A stretch of 64,000 bases of DNA from a virus: IMG/VR virus record IMGVR_UViG_3300032236_001457, positions 37,835 through 101,834 of that record. One strand, written 5' to 3'. Positions 30,165 through 38,240 of this stretch are shown here, piece by piece. The notes under the pieces were generated by a model. The model made no database searches, was not told the DNA's origin, and was given only the letters and a program-made list of their open reading frames with translations. Positions within the stretch are counted from its first letter, which is position 1. Each line of letters starts with the position of its first letter. The position numbers and the translations under genes were made by a program.

Positions 30165-31183
30165 TATCTGTAAAAGTTCTTTTCTTGTATTTTTTTAAAG
30201 TATCGGTCGAATTGATCATGCACGATACCTGCTTCGTATTTGGACATTGCCCACTCTCTGCAACGATGCGGATCAATTTGATCAATACGATTTAATGCGT
30301 CAACAAATTCTCTCATTTCTCTACAGCGAAAACCGGTCTCACCGTGTATCACAGTTTCGGTAAATCCACCCCAGTCTGAAGTAATGGCAGGAGTTCCACT
30401 AAAGTATCCCTCAGCAACCATATTGCCAAACGGTTCAACATAGTAGGTTGGTCCAATTATGGCACAGGCATTGCTCATTAATTCACGTCGTTGATCAGCA
30501 TCGCAAAGACCTACCGCAGTAACATGATCAGGAATTTGATTATATCCTAAATGTGCAAGGTCACCTGGCCCTGCTACAATCAATTTATATCCAGTTCTCT
30601 CAGTTGCCTGAATAGCAATATGAACACCTTTCTCTGCAATCACTCGTCCAAAATACAAAACATAGTCGCTTTTTTTATCATTGAATGTAAACTCATCGGG
30701 ACTAAAGGCATTGGGAATAACAGCATCAAACCACGAAGGGCTCATCAACATATCATTCTGCCCATAATACATGTGCATTTGAGCATAACTGGTAAAGGCT
30801 CTGTAAGGAGCCCACACTGCTCTTGTATCATAACCGATACTGGGTTCTACTGCCAATAGGTCATTATTGGCTTGGGCTGCTTCTCGATTCTCCCACCCAT
30901 GAAAACACATGATAAGATCACCGGGTTGTTTTCTTTCGGCAATGGCTCGCCCTGCCTGGCGATTGTATTCCGCAATTTTAAAATTATTATCATTGCCGGA
31001 ATCGTTGAGACACACAACAGTTTCGCATGGAGCATTGCAGCCTGCTATACCATAATGAATACACCGCCAGCCACGCTGGGTCATATGCTCAATAAACTTA
31101 ATTGCTGCTATACTGAAAGGATCGATTCTGTTGAGAATATTAACAGGACTTTTAGGACTGGTCAATATGTGTAATGTGTTCAT
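30164..31183 (-). CDS. GT4 family glycosyltransferase
   Basis: FGRVIAEKG, EPFGNMVAE, GTPAI. Confidence 0.85.
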   Translation of the reverse strand: MNTLHILTSPKSPVNILNRIDPFSIAAIKFIEHMTQRGWRCIHYGIAGCNAPCETVVCLNDSGNDNNFKIAEYNRQAGRAIAERKQPGDLIMCFHGWENREAAQANNDLLAVEPSIGYDTRAVWAPYRAFTSYAQMHMYYGQNDMLMSPSWFDAVIPNAFSPDEFTFNDKKSDYVLYFGRVIAEKGVHIAIQATERTGYKLIVAGPGDLAHLGYNQIPDHVTAVGLCDADQRRELMSNACAIIGPTYYVEPFGNMVAEGYFSGTPAITSDWGGFTETVIHGETGFRCREMREFVDALNRIDQIDPHRCREWAMSKYEAGIVHDQFDRYFKKIQEKNFYR

Positions 31184-31318
31184 GCTGTTAATTATCTCTT
31201 GAGACGTCAGCAATCAACGATTACGATTTTTTGTAAGAATATGGATTAAAGTTAGCGCAATTGGAATCATCATTGCAATATAAATCATTAATAGTGTGTC
31301 AATTGAATCTTCCATGTT

Positions 31319-31915
31319 TTAATCCACAACGGGTCCATTGCCATTACGAAATCCCACAGTGCCACCTTCTGATTCAATACGCTTGATTACATCTTCAAAC
31401 AGTATTGGTGCAAAGTCGGTCTGTTCTACACAAACACTGTGATACCGCACATCAATCTGTTCATCAACGTATTCGGTATTACCGTAACGAGTTTTTACCA
31501 TAACACGGTTAGAGTGGAGATGACCGTGTATATTGACACCAAACCTGCCCAGACTTTCTGGATGGATGGGAATGTGAGTCAGTATCATGCCATTCAGCAC
31601 ATGACAGCCCCTAATGGCTCTAAAATATTGTCGATATTCGTCATCGGTGAAAATATCGTGATTACCACGAATCAGCACCTTGTCCCCATTCAGCCTGGCC
31701 AGAGTGGGAAATGCTTTACGATTAATTATCACATCCCCTAAAAAATAACACTTATCTTTGGTGCGAACTCTTTCATTGAACCGTTTAATGAGTTCTTCGT
31801 CCATTTCCTCGGGAGTGTTCCAAGGTCTTAATTTAGTAACACCGTCGTTTCGCATAAATCGGCAAACACCGGCATGTCCAAAATGAGGATCGGAATATAA
31901 AAAGGTAGCAGACAT
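31319..31915 (-). CDS. calcineurin-like metallophosphoesterase
   Basis: SDPHFGH, LGD, GNHD, HGHLH. Confidence 0.9.
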   Translation of the reverse strand: MSATFLYSDPHFGHAGVCRFMRNDGVTKLRPWNTPEEMDEELIKRFNERVRTKDKCYFLGDVIINRKAFPTLARLNGDKVLIRGNHDIFTDDEYRQYFRAIRGCHVLNGMILTHIPIHPESLGRFGVNIHGHLHSNRVMVKTRYGNTEYVDEQIDVRYHSVCVEQTDFAPILFEDVIKRIESEGGTVGFRNGNGPVVD

Positions 31916-31983
31916 AACAACATCTCCGTTGTGATAAAATGATAAATAATTATAACATAAAACAAGTTAGGAGTCAACCAAAA

Positions 31984-32721
31984 ATGGCCTATGTTTATAA
32001 AGTAATTTTTTTACCTACAACCCAATACTATATTGGATATCGGGGCAGTAAAAAAGCAACACCAGATGACTTATTTACAACATATTTTACATCAAGTAAA
32101 GTAATAGCAAATCTAATTAAAGAGCACGGCGTAGATAAATTTTCTAAAGAAATATTGGCAGAGTTTGAAACTGGTATCGAAGCATATGAATATGAACAAC
32201 AGTTGCTTCGAGAACACAATGTAGAGGCAAATACACAGATGTTAAACAAACGCCTTACCTCCTGTGCATTAGATTCTTTTAAAAAACATACAGAAAAATC
32301 TAAAACACAAATGAGCAATAGCAGAAAATCTCTTTGGGAAGATCCTGATTACAGATCAAAAGTATCTAATTCTATTAGACAGTCTTGGGAAGATCCTGAT
32401 AGAATCAAAAGTTTGCAAACCGATGAGTTTCGACTACTAAAAAGCCAACAATCAAAAAAGTTATGGAAAGATCCTGCCTATTTAGAAAATTATAATCAGG
32501 CACACGCCAAAGCGGTAGACGATCCGGACTATCGAGTATGGCACAGTAATCACAAAACTGAATTATGGAAAGATCCTATTTATAAACAGCAACAAAATGA
32601 ATCTCGCAAAAAACGATGGGCGGATCCGGAATATAAAAAAATGATGAGTGATCGTCGTAAGGCCAAGTGGGCCGATCCTGAATACAAGGCCATGATGCTA
32701 GCCTCAAGAAAGAAAAGTTAA
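31984..32721 (+). CDS. GIY-YIG homing endonuclease with W-x-D-P-x-Y repeats
   Basis: AYVY...YYIGYR, YFTSSK; ~7 WxDPxY repeats; GATAAATA and GGAG upstream of ATG 31984. Confidence 0.75.
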   Translation: MAYVYKVIFLPTTQYYIGYRGSKKATPDDLFTTYFTSSKVIANLIKEHGVDKFSKEILAEFETGIEAYEYEQQLLREHNVEANTQMLNKRLTSCALDSFKKHTEKSKTQMSNSRKSLWEDPDYRSKVSNSIRQSWEDPDRIKSLQTDEFRLLKSQQSKKLWKDPAYLENYNQAHAKAVDDPDYRVWHSNHKTELWKDPIYKQQQNESRKKRWADPEYKKMMSDRRKAKWADPEYKAMMLASRKKS

Positions 32722-32728
32722 AAATATA

Positions 32729-32802
32729 TGGTAGCCCCTGACGGTAACGCTCCGCCGTATCCCACGTGTAAGGAGGGTGTTCTGCTTTTAAACTAAGGGG
32801 CC
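32729..32802 (-). tRNA. tRNA-Val(TAC), atypical T-loop
   Basis: GGCCCCT/AGGGGCT-ACCA acceptor, CTTACAC loop, T-loop AGCGTTA. Confidence 0.75.
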
Positions 32803-32826
32803 CTCTACCAACTGAGTTAAGGTCCT
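32803..32826 (-). pseudogene. 5' fragment of a tRNA gene
   Basis: AGGACCTTAACTCAGTTGGTAGAG = acceptor strand plus D-arm only, abutting tRNA-Val. Confidence 0.55.
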
Positions 32827-32832
32827 GGATTA

Positions 32833-32906
32833 TGGAGCGGGATGCGAGAATCGAACTCGCGACTTCAGCTTGGAAGGCTGAGGTAATACCATTTTACGAA
32901 TCCCGC
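32833..32906 (-). tRNA. tRNA-Gly(TCC)
   Basis: Canonical cloverleaf, CTTCCAA loop, CCA. Confidence 0.95.
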
Positions 32907-32914
32907 AATAAATT

Positions 32915-32989
32915 TGGTGCCCCATGACAGAATCGAACTGCCGAATTCGGATTACAAAACCGACGTTTTACCACTAGAACTAATAGGGC
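32915..32989 (-). tRNA. tRNA-Thr(TGT)
   Basis: Cloverleaf, TTTGTAA loop, CCA. Confidence 0.9.
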
Positions 32990-32999
32990 ATATGAACAT

Positions 33000-33242
33000 T
33001 TACTTAGTCTTTGTTAGGGGTGTTCGAACTTTTTTTAGGTATTCACGTCCGACCAATCCTGCTTCAATTTCTTGAAGTGCGCTAACGATTGGACCGTTGT
33101 TGGTATTTACTCGCTTGGCATCGCCGCGTTTAAGTTCTCGAGCACGAGCAGCAGCAATCAACACCATGTCAAATTTATTACCAACTTGGTGGGCAGCACG
33201 AATAACATCTACACTATTGGTCAACGCTTTAACTTTATTCAC
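33000..33242 (-). CDS. rpoZ: RNA polymerase omega subunit
   Basis: VGNKFDMVLIAAARAREL...PIVSALQEIEAG matches the omega signature; AAGGA SD before GTG. Confidence 0.85.
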   Translation of the reverse strand: MNKVKALTNSVDVIRAAHQVGNKFDMVLIAAARARELKRGDAKRVNTNNGPIVSALQEIEAGLVGREYLKKVRTPLTKTK

Positions 33243-33286
33243 ACTATTTCCTTTAAATTAAAAATATACACACAAAACAAAACTAC

Positions 33287-33360
33287 TGGCTCCGGTGGAT
33301 GGAATCGAACCACCACTAGTGGTTTTGGAGACCACCGCACTGCCATTATACTACACCGGA
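33287..33360 (-). tRNA. tRNA-Trp(CCA)
   Basis: Cloverleaf, CTCCAAA loop, CCA. Confidence 0.9.
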
Positions 33361-33367
33361 ATAAAAT

Positions 33368-33455
33368 TGGCGGAAGTGGTGAGATTCGAACTCACGGAGC
33401 CTTTCGACTCTTCAATTTTCAAGACTGACGGATTAAACCACTCTCCCACACTTCC
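33368..33455 (-). tRNA. tRNA-Ser(TGA)
   Basis: Class II cloverleaf, CTTGAAA loop, GCCA end. Confidence 0.95.
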
Positions 33456-33461
33456 TAAAAC

Positions 33462-33544
33462 TGGCTCCGCGGCTAGGGCTCGAACCTAGCTAGTCTCTCG
33501 ACACAGATTAACAGTCTGCTGCCACACCCGGCGGCTCCCGCGGA
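33462..33544 (-). tRNA. tRNA-Asn(GTT) with extended variable arm
   Basis: CTGTTAA loop, GTC-GAGA-GAC extra hairpin, GCCA end. Confidence 0.85.
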
Positions 33545-33553
33545 ATAAAACTT

Positions 33554-33645
33554 TGGAGGACAGTGCGAGATTCGAACTCGCGGTCCATATTACTACAGAC
33601 GAGGGTTTAGCAAACCCTTGATTTAAGCCACTCATCCAACTGTCC
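33554..33645 (-). tRNA. tRNA-Ser(GCT)
   Basis: Class II cloverleaf, TTGCTAA loop. Confidence 0.9.
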
Positions 33646-33651
33646 AAACTC

Positions 33652-33737
33652 TGGTGGGTAGCCAGGGAATCGAACCCCGTATGTCTAAAGACGCCGGATT
33701 TACAATCCAGTGCAGTCACCAATGCTGCTCGCTACCC
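33652..33737 (-). tRNA. tRNA-Tyr(GTA)
   Basis: Class II cloverleaf, TTGTAAA loop. Confidence 0.9.
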
Positions 33738-34058
33738 ATATTGAAACACACTGCGGAAGGGCTTGCACCTTCACTTTGGCTTTCCTTTCGGATACCCCAT
33801 CAAAGACCTGTTGCGGACAATGTGTTTCCATATGGTGTCAGTGTTGCTGACTCGGGAATCCCGACGCCCAGTGCTAAGAGAACACCTATTCGTCACCCTA
33901 CTCTTACCATATGGAAACACACTATGCCACGCTCTGAACCTGGACTCTTAGTAATGTGTTTCAATATGGTGTCACTCTCCTGACCACTTTTAACGGAGGG
34001 GGTAGAGCCTTGAGTGACGTGTCTTAGACAGGCTTTATTCCTGGTTACGTAACCATTT
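33736..34058 (-). ncRNA. unidentified structured RNA cassette inside tRNA array
   Basis: Four copies of a 15-16 nt element in alternating orientation, internal hairpins, two stems ending in ACCA. Confidence 0.6.
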
Positions 34059-34143
34059 TGGTGGGAATGGTGAGACTCGAACTCACACGTCTTTCAACGC
34101 CAGAACCTAAATCTGGTGCGGCTGCCAATTACGCCACATTCCC
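34059..34143 (-). tRNA. tRNA-Leu(TAG)
   Basis: Class II cloverleaf, TTTAGGT loop, ACCA. Confidence 0.95.
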
Positions 34144-34155
34144 AATAATCTTTTT

Positions 34156-34447
34156 TGGTGCCCAGGGCGGGACTCGAACCCGCATGCCATTACAGCGAGA
34201 GATTTTCTTACCACTATAGTTTTCACTACCCTTTCAGTTTGTGGTCTGGACTATACCTTGACCGTTGCTTTCGCTTTAGGTCCTCGCCGTCTAGTCTCTA
34301 CACGTTCCTAACATTTCTATTAGGCTTCGCTCGGTATTAGCATTTTACAGCCTTCACCGAATTTGACGAGTTCTACTCCTGCCGTTTCCTGCAGGGCACT
34401 CAAATTTCTTTCAAGTCTCTTATGTCTACCGATTTCATCACCCGGGC
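34156..34447 (-). tRNA. tRNA-Leu(TAA), split by intron (exons 34413-34447 and 34156-34206)
   Basis: Joined exons give AGAGA-CTTAAAA-TCTCT anticodon arm and GCCCGGG/CCTGGGC-ACCA acceptor. Confidence 0.9.
34207..34412 (-). mobile_element. self-splicing group I intron (trnL-UAA type, 206 nt)
   Basis: 5' exon ends in U and intron ends in G; P/Q/R/S-like elements AAATTCGGTGAA, AATACCGAGC, GTGTAGAGACTAGACG, AAGGTATAGTCC; IGS GAGT pairs exon ACTT. Confidence 0.9.
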
Positions 34448-35056
34448 GGTTAATCGTTTTAATCTTTCGTAGTTTCCACCTTTAGCAGCAAGACCCACTT
34501 CTATTAACGCTTGTCTAATGTTACTACATCTTTCATATGCTGTCAATAGTTCTTGGTCAGTTACTTTAGGTTTTCCACTATTTTTATTTCTACCTTTGTA
34601 AGTATCAGTTTGGCTATGACAATTAGGGCAGAGGTATCTTAAATTTGTTAATCTGTTATCACGATTATTACCGTTGATATGATCAAGATCTAAAACAATA
34701 GTTTCTCCACACCATTCATTAATACCGCACTTGATACATTTATATTCTAACAAATTATCTTTTACGATCCTTTGCTTAACCATTTCGTTTGAATACAAAC
34801 TATTTTCTGTAAAGACCAATTCATTTGGGATTAAATTTTTACCTTTTGCCCAATTCATTTTATCTTTAGTTTCCTGCGGTAACCTGTTATAAACAGTTGT
34901 CGACGCAGGTCTTTTATTAGCAGTATAAGACAATTTGGTTTTTTCAGAATTGATTTTTTTCAAAACTTCACAACCAGATGGTCTTTTACTACAACAATTT
35001 TTACCATTTTTAAGAGTAAAATTTGCGGCTCTACTACATCCATAATCACATAACAT
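34400..35056 (-). CDS. HNH endonuclease overlapping tRNA-Leu 5' exon
   Basis: CIKCG...LDHINGNNRDNRLTNLRYLCPNCHS; N-terminal CDYGC. Confidence 0.9.
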   Translation of the reverse strand: MLCDYGCSRAANFTLKNGKNCCSKRPSGCEVLKKINSEKTKLSYTANKRPASTTVYNRLPQETKDKMNWAKGKNLIPNELVFTENSLYSNEMVKQRIVKDNLLEYKCIKCGINEWCGETIVLDLDHINGNNRDNRLTNLRYLCPNCHSQTDTYKGRNKNSGKPKVTDQELLTAYERCSNIRQALIEVGLAAKGGNYERLKRLTARVMKSVDIRDLKEI

Positions 35057-35150
35057 GATAATCTCCTGTTATGATTATTTATCTGGTAAAGACAAATTTT
35101 AACTTAAAACACAACTAATTTTTAAAGAACAATTAACTAACTAAGTATCT

Positions 35151-35179
35151 ATTGTATGACAACTATCTCACGCTGTCAA
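35151..35179 (-). promoter_or_regulatory. sigma70-type promoter for HNH/tRNA array
   Basis: TTGACA-17 bp-TACAAT. Confidence 0.7.
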
Positions 35180-35189
35180 CACACTGTGG

Positions 35190-35369
35190 CTATTTTCCTA
35201 CAGTTTTGGCAACTTTCCTCAAACTGTCTCGTCTAACTAAACATTCTCTACGATTGCTTTCACGCAGAACACGCAAGTATTCAATACCGTCGATCAGCCT
35301 GATATCGGTGGGATCTGGGCAGACAAATCGTTCTTTGTTTACAATGTTTTCAAAATGTGTAGATTTCAT
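35190..35369 (-). CDS. 59-aa hypothetical protein (MKSTHFENIVNKERF...)
   Basis: Manual translation, GGAG SD in upstream gene end. Confidence 0.5.
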   Translation of the reverse strand: MKSTHFENIVNKERFVCPDPTDIRLIDGIEYLRVLRESNRRECLVRRDSLRKVAKTVGK

Positions 35370-35370
35370 T

Positions 35371-35811
35371 TCATGCTCCCATGTATTCGTAGTTTACAGT
35401 TTCTGCGTTTTCCCTAAAAACTCGGGCACCGTTTTTCAAGTGGAACCTACGAGCCATTTCGGTCTGTGGGCTCAGCGTAACAAAACGGTTGATACTGGGT
35501 TTGTTGGTTCGAATATAGTTTACAGCATTTAGTATCAAATCTCTACCTGCTCCGGGTTTATAACTCCAGATAGTGTAGAATACAGCAACTTCCGGTTCTT
35601 GCTTAACATCAAATAGTTCGTTCTCTGTGGTAGGAACGCTGTCCTGATAACTGACACAAGTAATAGCAGTAGGGTCATCCTTGTCGTTTTTAAGGACAAA
35701 AATATCTCGGTTATTGCCAATTCTTTTATTATGGTCAATACTAGGGCGTACCGGATCTTCCTTGAGTTTAGGAAAGTATTGGTCTTGATCTGATGTGATG
35801 AGGTATAGCAT
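35371..35811 (-). CDS. phage hypothetical protein, GNAT-like
   Basis: EDPVRP, FYTIWSY.PGAGR, TLSP, RFHLKNGA; TATAAATA at 35832-35839. Confidence 0.6.
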   Translation of the reverse strand: MLYLITSDQDQYFPKLKEDPVRPSIDHNKRIGNNRDIFVLKNDKDDPTAITCVSYQDSVPTTENELFDVKQEPEVAVFYTIWSYKPGAGRDLILNAVNYIRTNKPSINRFVTLSPQTEMARRFHLKNGARVFRENAETVNYEYMGA

Positions 35812-35863
35812 GATAGGGGAGTTATTAACGCTATTTATAATGATTAAAAAGGATTGGATAGAA

Positions 35864-35956
35864 TACGACCGGTAGGTTTCGAACCTACAAAGGCTGTGTC
35901 TAAGACTGCGCCCCATCCTGCTTTAGCAGAGGTCTGCCAATTCCACTCACGGTCGT
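35864..35956 (-). ncRNA. tRNA-like RNA with aberrant anticodon arm
   Basis: ACGACCG/CGGTCGT acceptor, Leu-type D-loop GGAATTGGCAGAC, GTAGG-TTCGAAA-CCTAC T-arm; own TTGACA-18-TATAAT promoter at 35963-35992. Confidence 0.65.
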
Positions 35957-35997
35957 CTAGTAATTATACATTAAGTATAGGATCTGTGTCAACACTT

Positions 35998-36843
35998 TTA
36001 ATAGGTTGAAAGCACCATAGGTATATCTCCGGGAACATGTTCTAACACGGATTTTTCACCATCGGGTAATATATAATTTTTAAACTTATCTTTATTATCA
36101 ATAATATATTTTGGAAAATAGTTATCAAATTTAACTGGACAAAAAACAAAGCCTGGTCTTGCCATAATATCTTTACCTTTTTCGATTGCTTTCGCAACAT
36201 TAAAACGACTGGTAATATGTGGAAGATTCCATTCAGAATGGGAAAAGCTACGCAATTTATTTCTACAATATTCTTCGTCCCCTAAGTAGCTAAAATGCCA
36301 TCCTGAGTGATGAAGATCAACGTGTCTTCCGTCTGGAACGCTATGTACATTTCTCATTCCGTCCATACCTTCTATAAAGTATCCACGGAATGCTTTAACT
36401 GACGGCCATGGGTTATGCGGACTTAAATTTAAATAATTAAATTTCAAATTAAAGAAAGGCATCCCTAATCTATAAAAATCATAGTCAGTTTCTTTAATAA
36501 AGTCAAATGCTTCAGGGCGTAGTATTTCATCTAAATCTGTAATCAGAACAACGTCATCTTGTGTTAAATTGTTCCATTGTGTTTGAAAATGATTACGCAT
36601 CCAGTGTTCGGAACGCCATGGATTATTATATGGTGGTTTACCTGGTTGCACTAGTTTAACTTTATCCCACCATTGAGCATAGCGGTCTTTTTGTTTGATT
36701 AAATTAAATCCTTTATGTATACCAGTAAATGTATGGTCACATTCTACAATAGTAAATTGATCTACATGATCATAATGTGTGCCTAATCGAATTTCTAAAA
36801 GATCAAATTCATTATGAAATAAGAAATTATCGATAATTTTCAT
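35998..36843 (-). CDS. GT17 (beta-1,4-GlcNAc transferase-like) glycosyltransferase
   Basis: FHNEFDLLEIRL, TDLDEI, GWHFSY, KLRSFSH. Confidence 0.85.
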   Translation of the reverse strand: MKIIDNFLFHNEFDLLEIRLGTHYDHVDQFTIVECDHTFTGIHKGFNLIKQKDRYAQWWDKVKLVQPGKPPYNNPWRSEHWMRNHFQTQWNNLTQDDVVLITDLDEILRPEAFDFIKETDYDFYRLGMPFFNLKFNYLNLSPHNPWPSVKAFRGYFIEGMDGMRNVHSVPDGRHVDLHHSGWHFSYLGDEEYCRNKLRSFSHSEWNLPHITSRFNVAKAIEKGKDIMARPGFVFCPVKFDNYFPKYIIDNKDKFKNYILPDGEKSVLEHVPGDIPMVLSTY

Positions 36844-36850
36844 ATGCTGT

Positions 36851-37480
36851 TTATTTTTTTACGGCATACCAGATCTTATCATTATCGTGACCGCTTCTAT
36901 TGTCATGATGGCAAGTAACGAACATATCAAACTCTAAATCATTTTTTTCAATTAGGTGATCAAAGCGATCTTCAGGATCATTTCTGTAAATATCTTCGAT
37001 AATTAATATCCCTCCACTCTTTAAGAATTTTGGAGCGGTCCTAATAATATTAAGTTGGTGGGGATAGTGATGAGATGAATCGTCGATGATAATATCAAAA
37101 GTAACGCCTGTATCTAAAAAGGTTTGATTTAATATTTGTTTATCATCAACATTGGTTTCGAGGAATGTTGTTTTGGTTGTTAATTTTTTAGATTTTTCAA
37201 TTTTATCAGGATCCAATTCAAACGCAAATAAATTTGCCCGGGTAAAATAATTTTCCCACATTTGGATAGATCCGCCGTCTTCAATTCCAATTTCACAAAA
37301 ATTAATTGCTTGATTTCTCAAACCGGCAAATATCATTGAATAGAATGGAGTGAAACCTTTTCGTGCCTTAAGAGTGTCTCCACCGGGATTGAATGGAGAC
37401 TTATCTGTTTTAAATTTTTCACCTAACAGACATAAATCTGTTACACAATTGGTGCCATCTAAAAAGATTGTTTTAGACAT
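36851..37480 (-). CDS. class I SAM methyltransferase (sugar O-methyltransferase-like)
   Basis: EIGIEDGGS, FDIIIDDSSH, GGILIIED. Confidence 0.8.
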   Translation of the reverse strand: MSKTIFLDGTNCVTDLCLLGEKFKTDKSPFNPGGDTLKARKGFTPFYSMIFAGLRNQAINFCEIGIEDGGSIQMWENYFTRANLFAFELDPDKIEKSKKLTTKTTFLETNVDDKQILNQTFLDTGVTFDIIIDDSSHHYPHQLNIIRTAPKFLKSGGILIIEDIYRNDPEDRFDHLIEKNDLEFDMFVTCHHDNRSGHDNDKIWYAVKK

Positions 37481-38166
37481 TACTTTACTGCGGCTTCAAT
37501 TAAGTATTTTTTGATACAGACTAAATCGCTTTCACCATGCGGATGGTCAATTACTGCTTGGAGATCGATTACTTCGGTGTCAAAGTTTTGTTGATGTAGC
37601 CATTCTTCTAGTTCGTTCTTTAGAATATGTCCTTTGTAGTAGGGCCTCAGTGCTGCTTCGGCATGGATCATTTTGATATGGTCGATGTAAGTGCCCATAC
37701 CTTTTAGTGCTTTAAGTTCAACTCCTTGGACATCCATCCAAACAAGATCTACCTTTTCCACACCCAACTCACACAATACATTATCAATTCTTCTAGCACG
37801 AATCCCGGAGATTTTATCCCATGTGCAAGACCTGTATCCATACTGCCAACCGGCGTTGATTTCAATGGGTTCCAGCATAGAGGAAGCGCCTTGATTTTCG
37901 TTCACGATCCAAAAGTCTACAATAGATTCTTCGTCGCTACAAGCATATTCATGCACTTCGATATTGGGATAGTTTTTGCTTAATTCATAGCAATATTGAA
38001 ATTGTTTAGGATTGGGTTCGAAAGCAATTATTCTTGAGCTAGGAAATGCCTGGCTAAGCTGGATGCTTTCTTCAAGATCTCTAGTCCCAACATCTAGTAT
38101 TACTTCTGGGGAATAATTACCCAATATCTTTTTTACTGACTTTATAAAATTTCCAGCAACCGGCAT
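37480..38166 (-). CDS. FkbM family methyltransferase
   Basis: ILDVG, FEPNP, WMDVQGVE. Confidence 0.85.
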   Translation of the reverse strand: MPVAGNFIKSVKKILGNYSPEVILDVGTRDLEESIQLSQAFPSSRIIAFEPNPKQFQYCYELSKNYPNIEVHEYACSDEESIVDFWIVNENQGASSMLEPIEINAGWQYGYRSCTWDKISGIRARRIDNVLCELGVEKVDLVWMDVQGVELKALKGMGTYIDHIKMIHAEAALRPYYKGHILKNELEEWLHQQNFDTEVIDLQAVIDHPHGESDLVCIKKYLIEAAVK

Positions 38167-38240
38167 TTGTTTTATCCTTTAAATTACACTTACTTATATA
38201 ACATTATGTCTTCGATAGAGAGAATCGAATCACTGCTATA

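Noticed and set aside
33736-33975. Possible mini CRISPR array
   Set aside because: Only two direct copies, alternating with inverted copies; irregular spacing; no cas genes
33967-34058. HDV-like (theta) ribozyme downstream of tRNA-Leu
   Set aside because: Could not build the nested double pseudoknot (P1-P3-P1.1-J4/2) by eye
33654-34340. Plus-strand ORFs across the tRNA region
   Set aside because: Antisense to tRNAs and the intron; no coding signals
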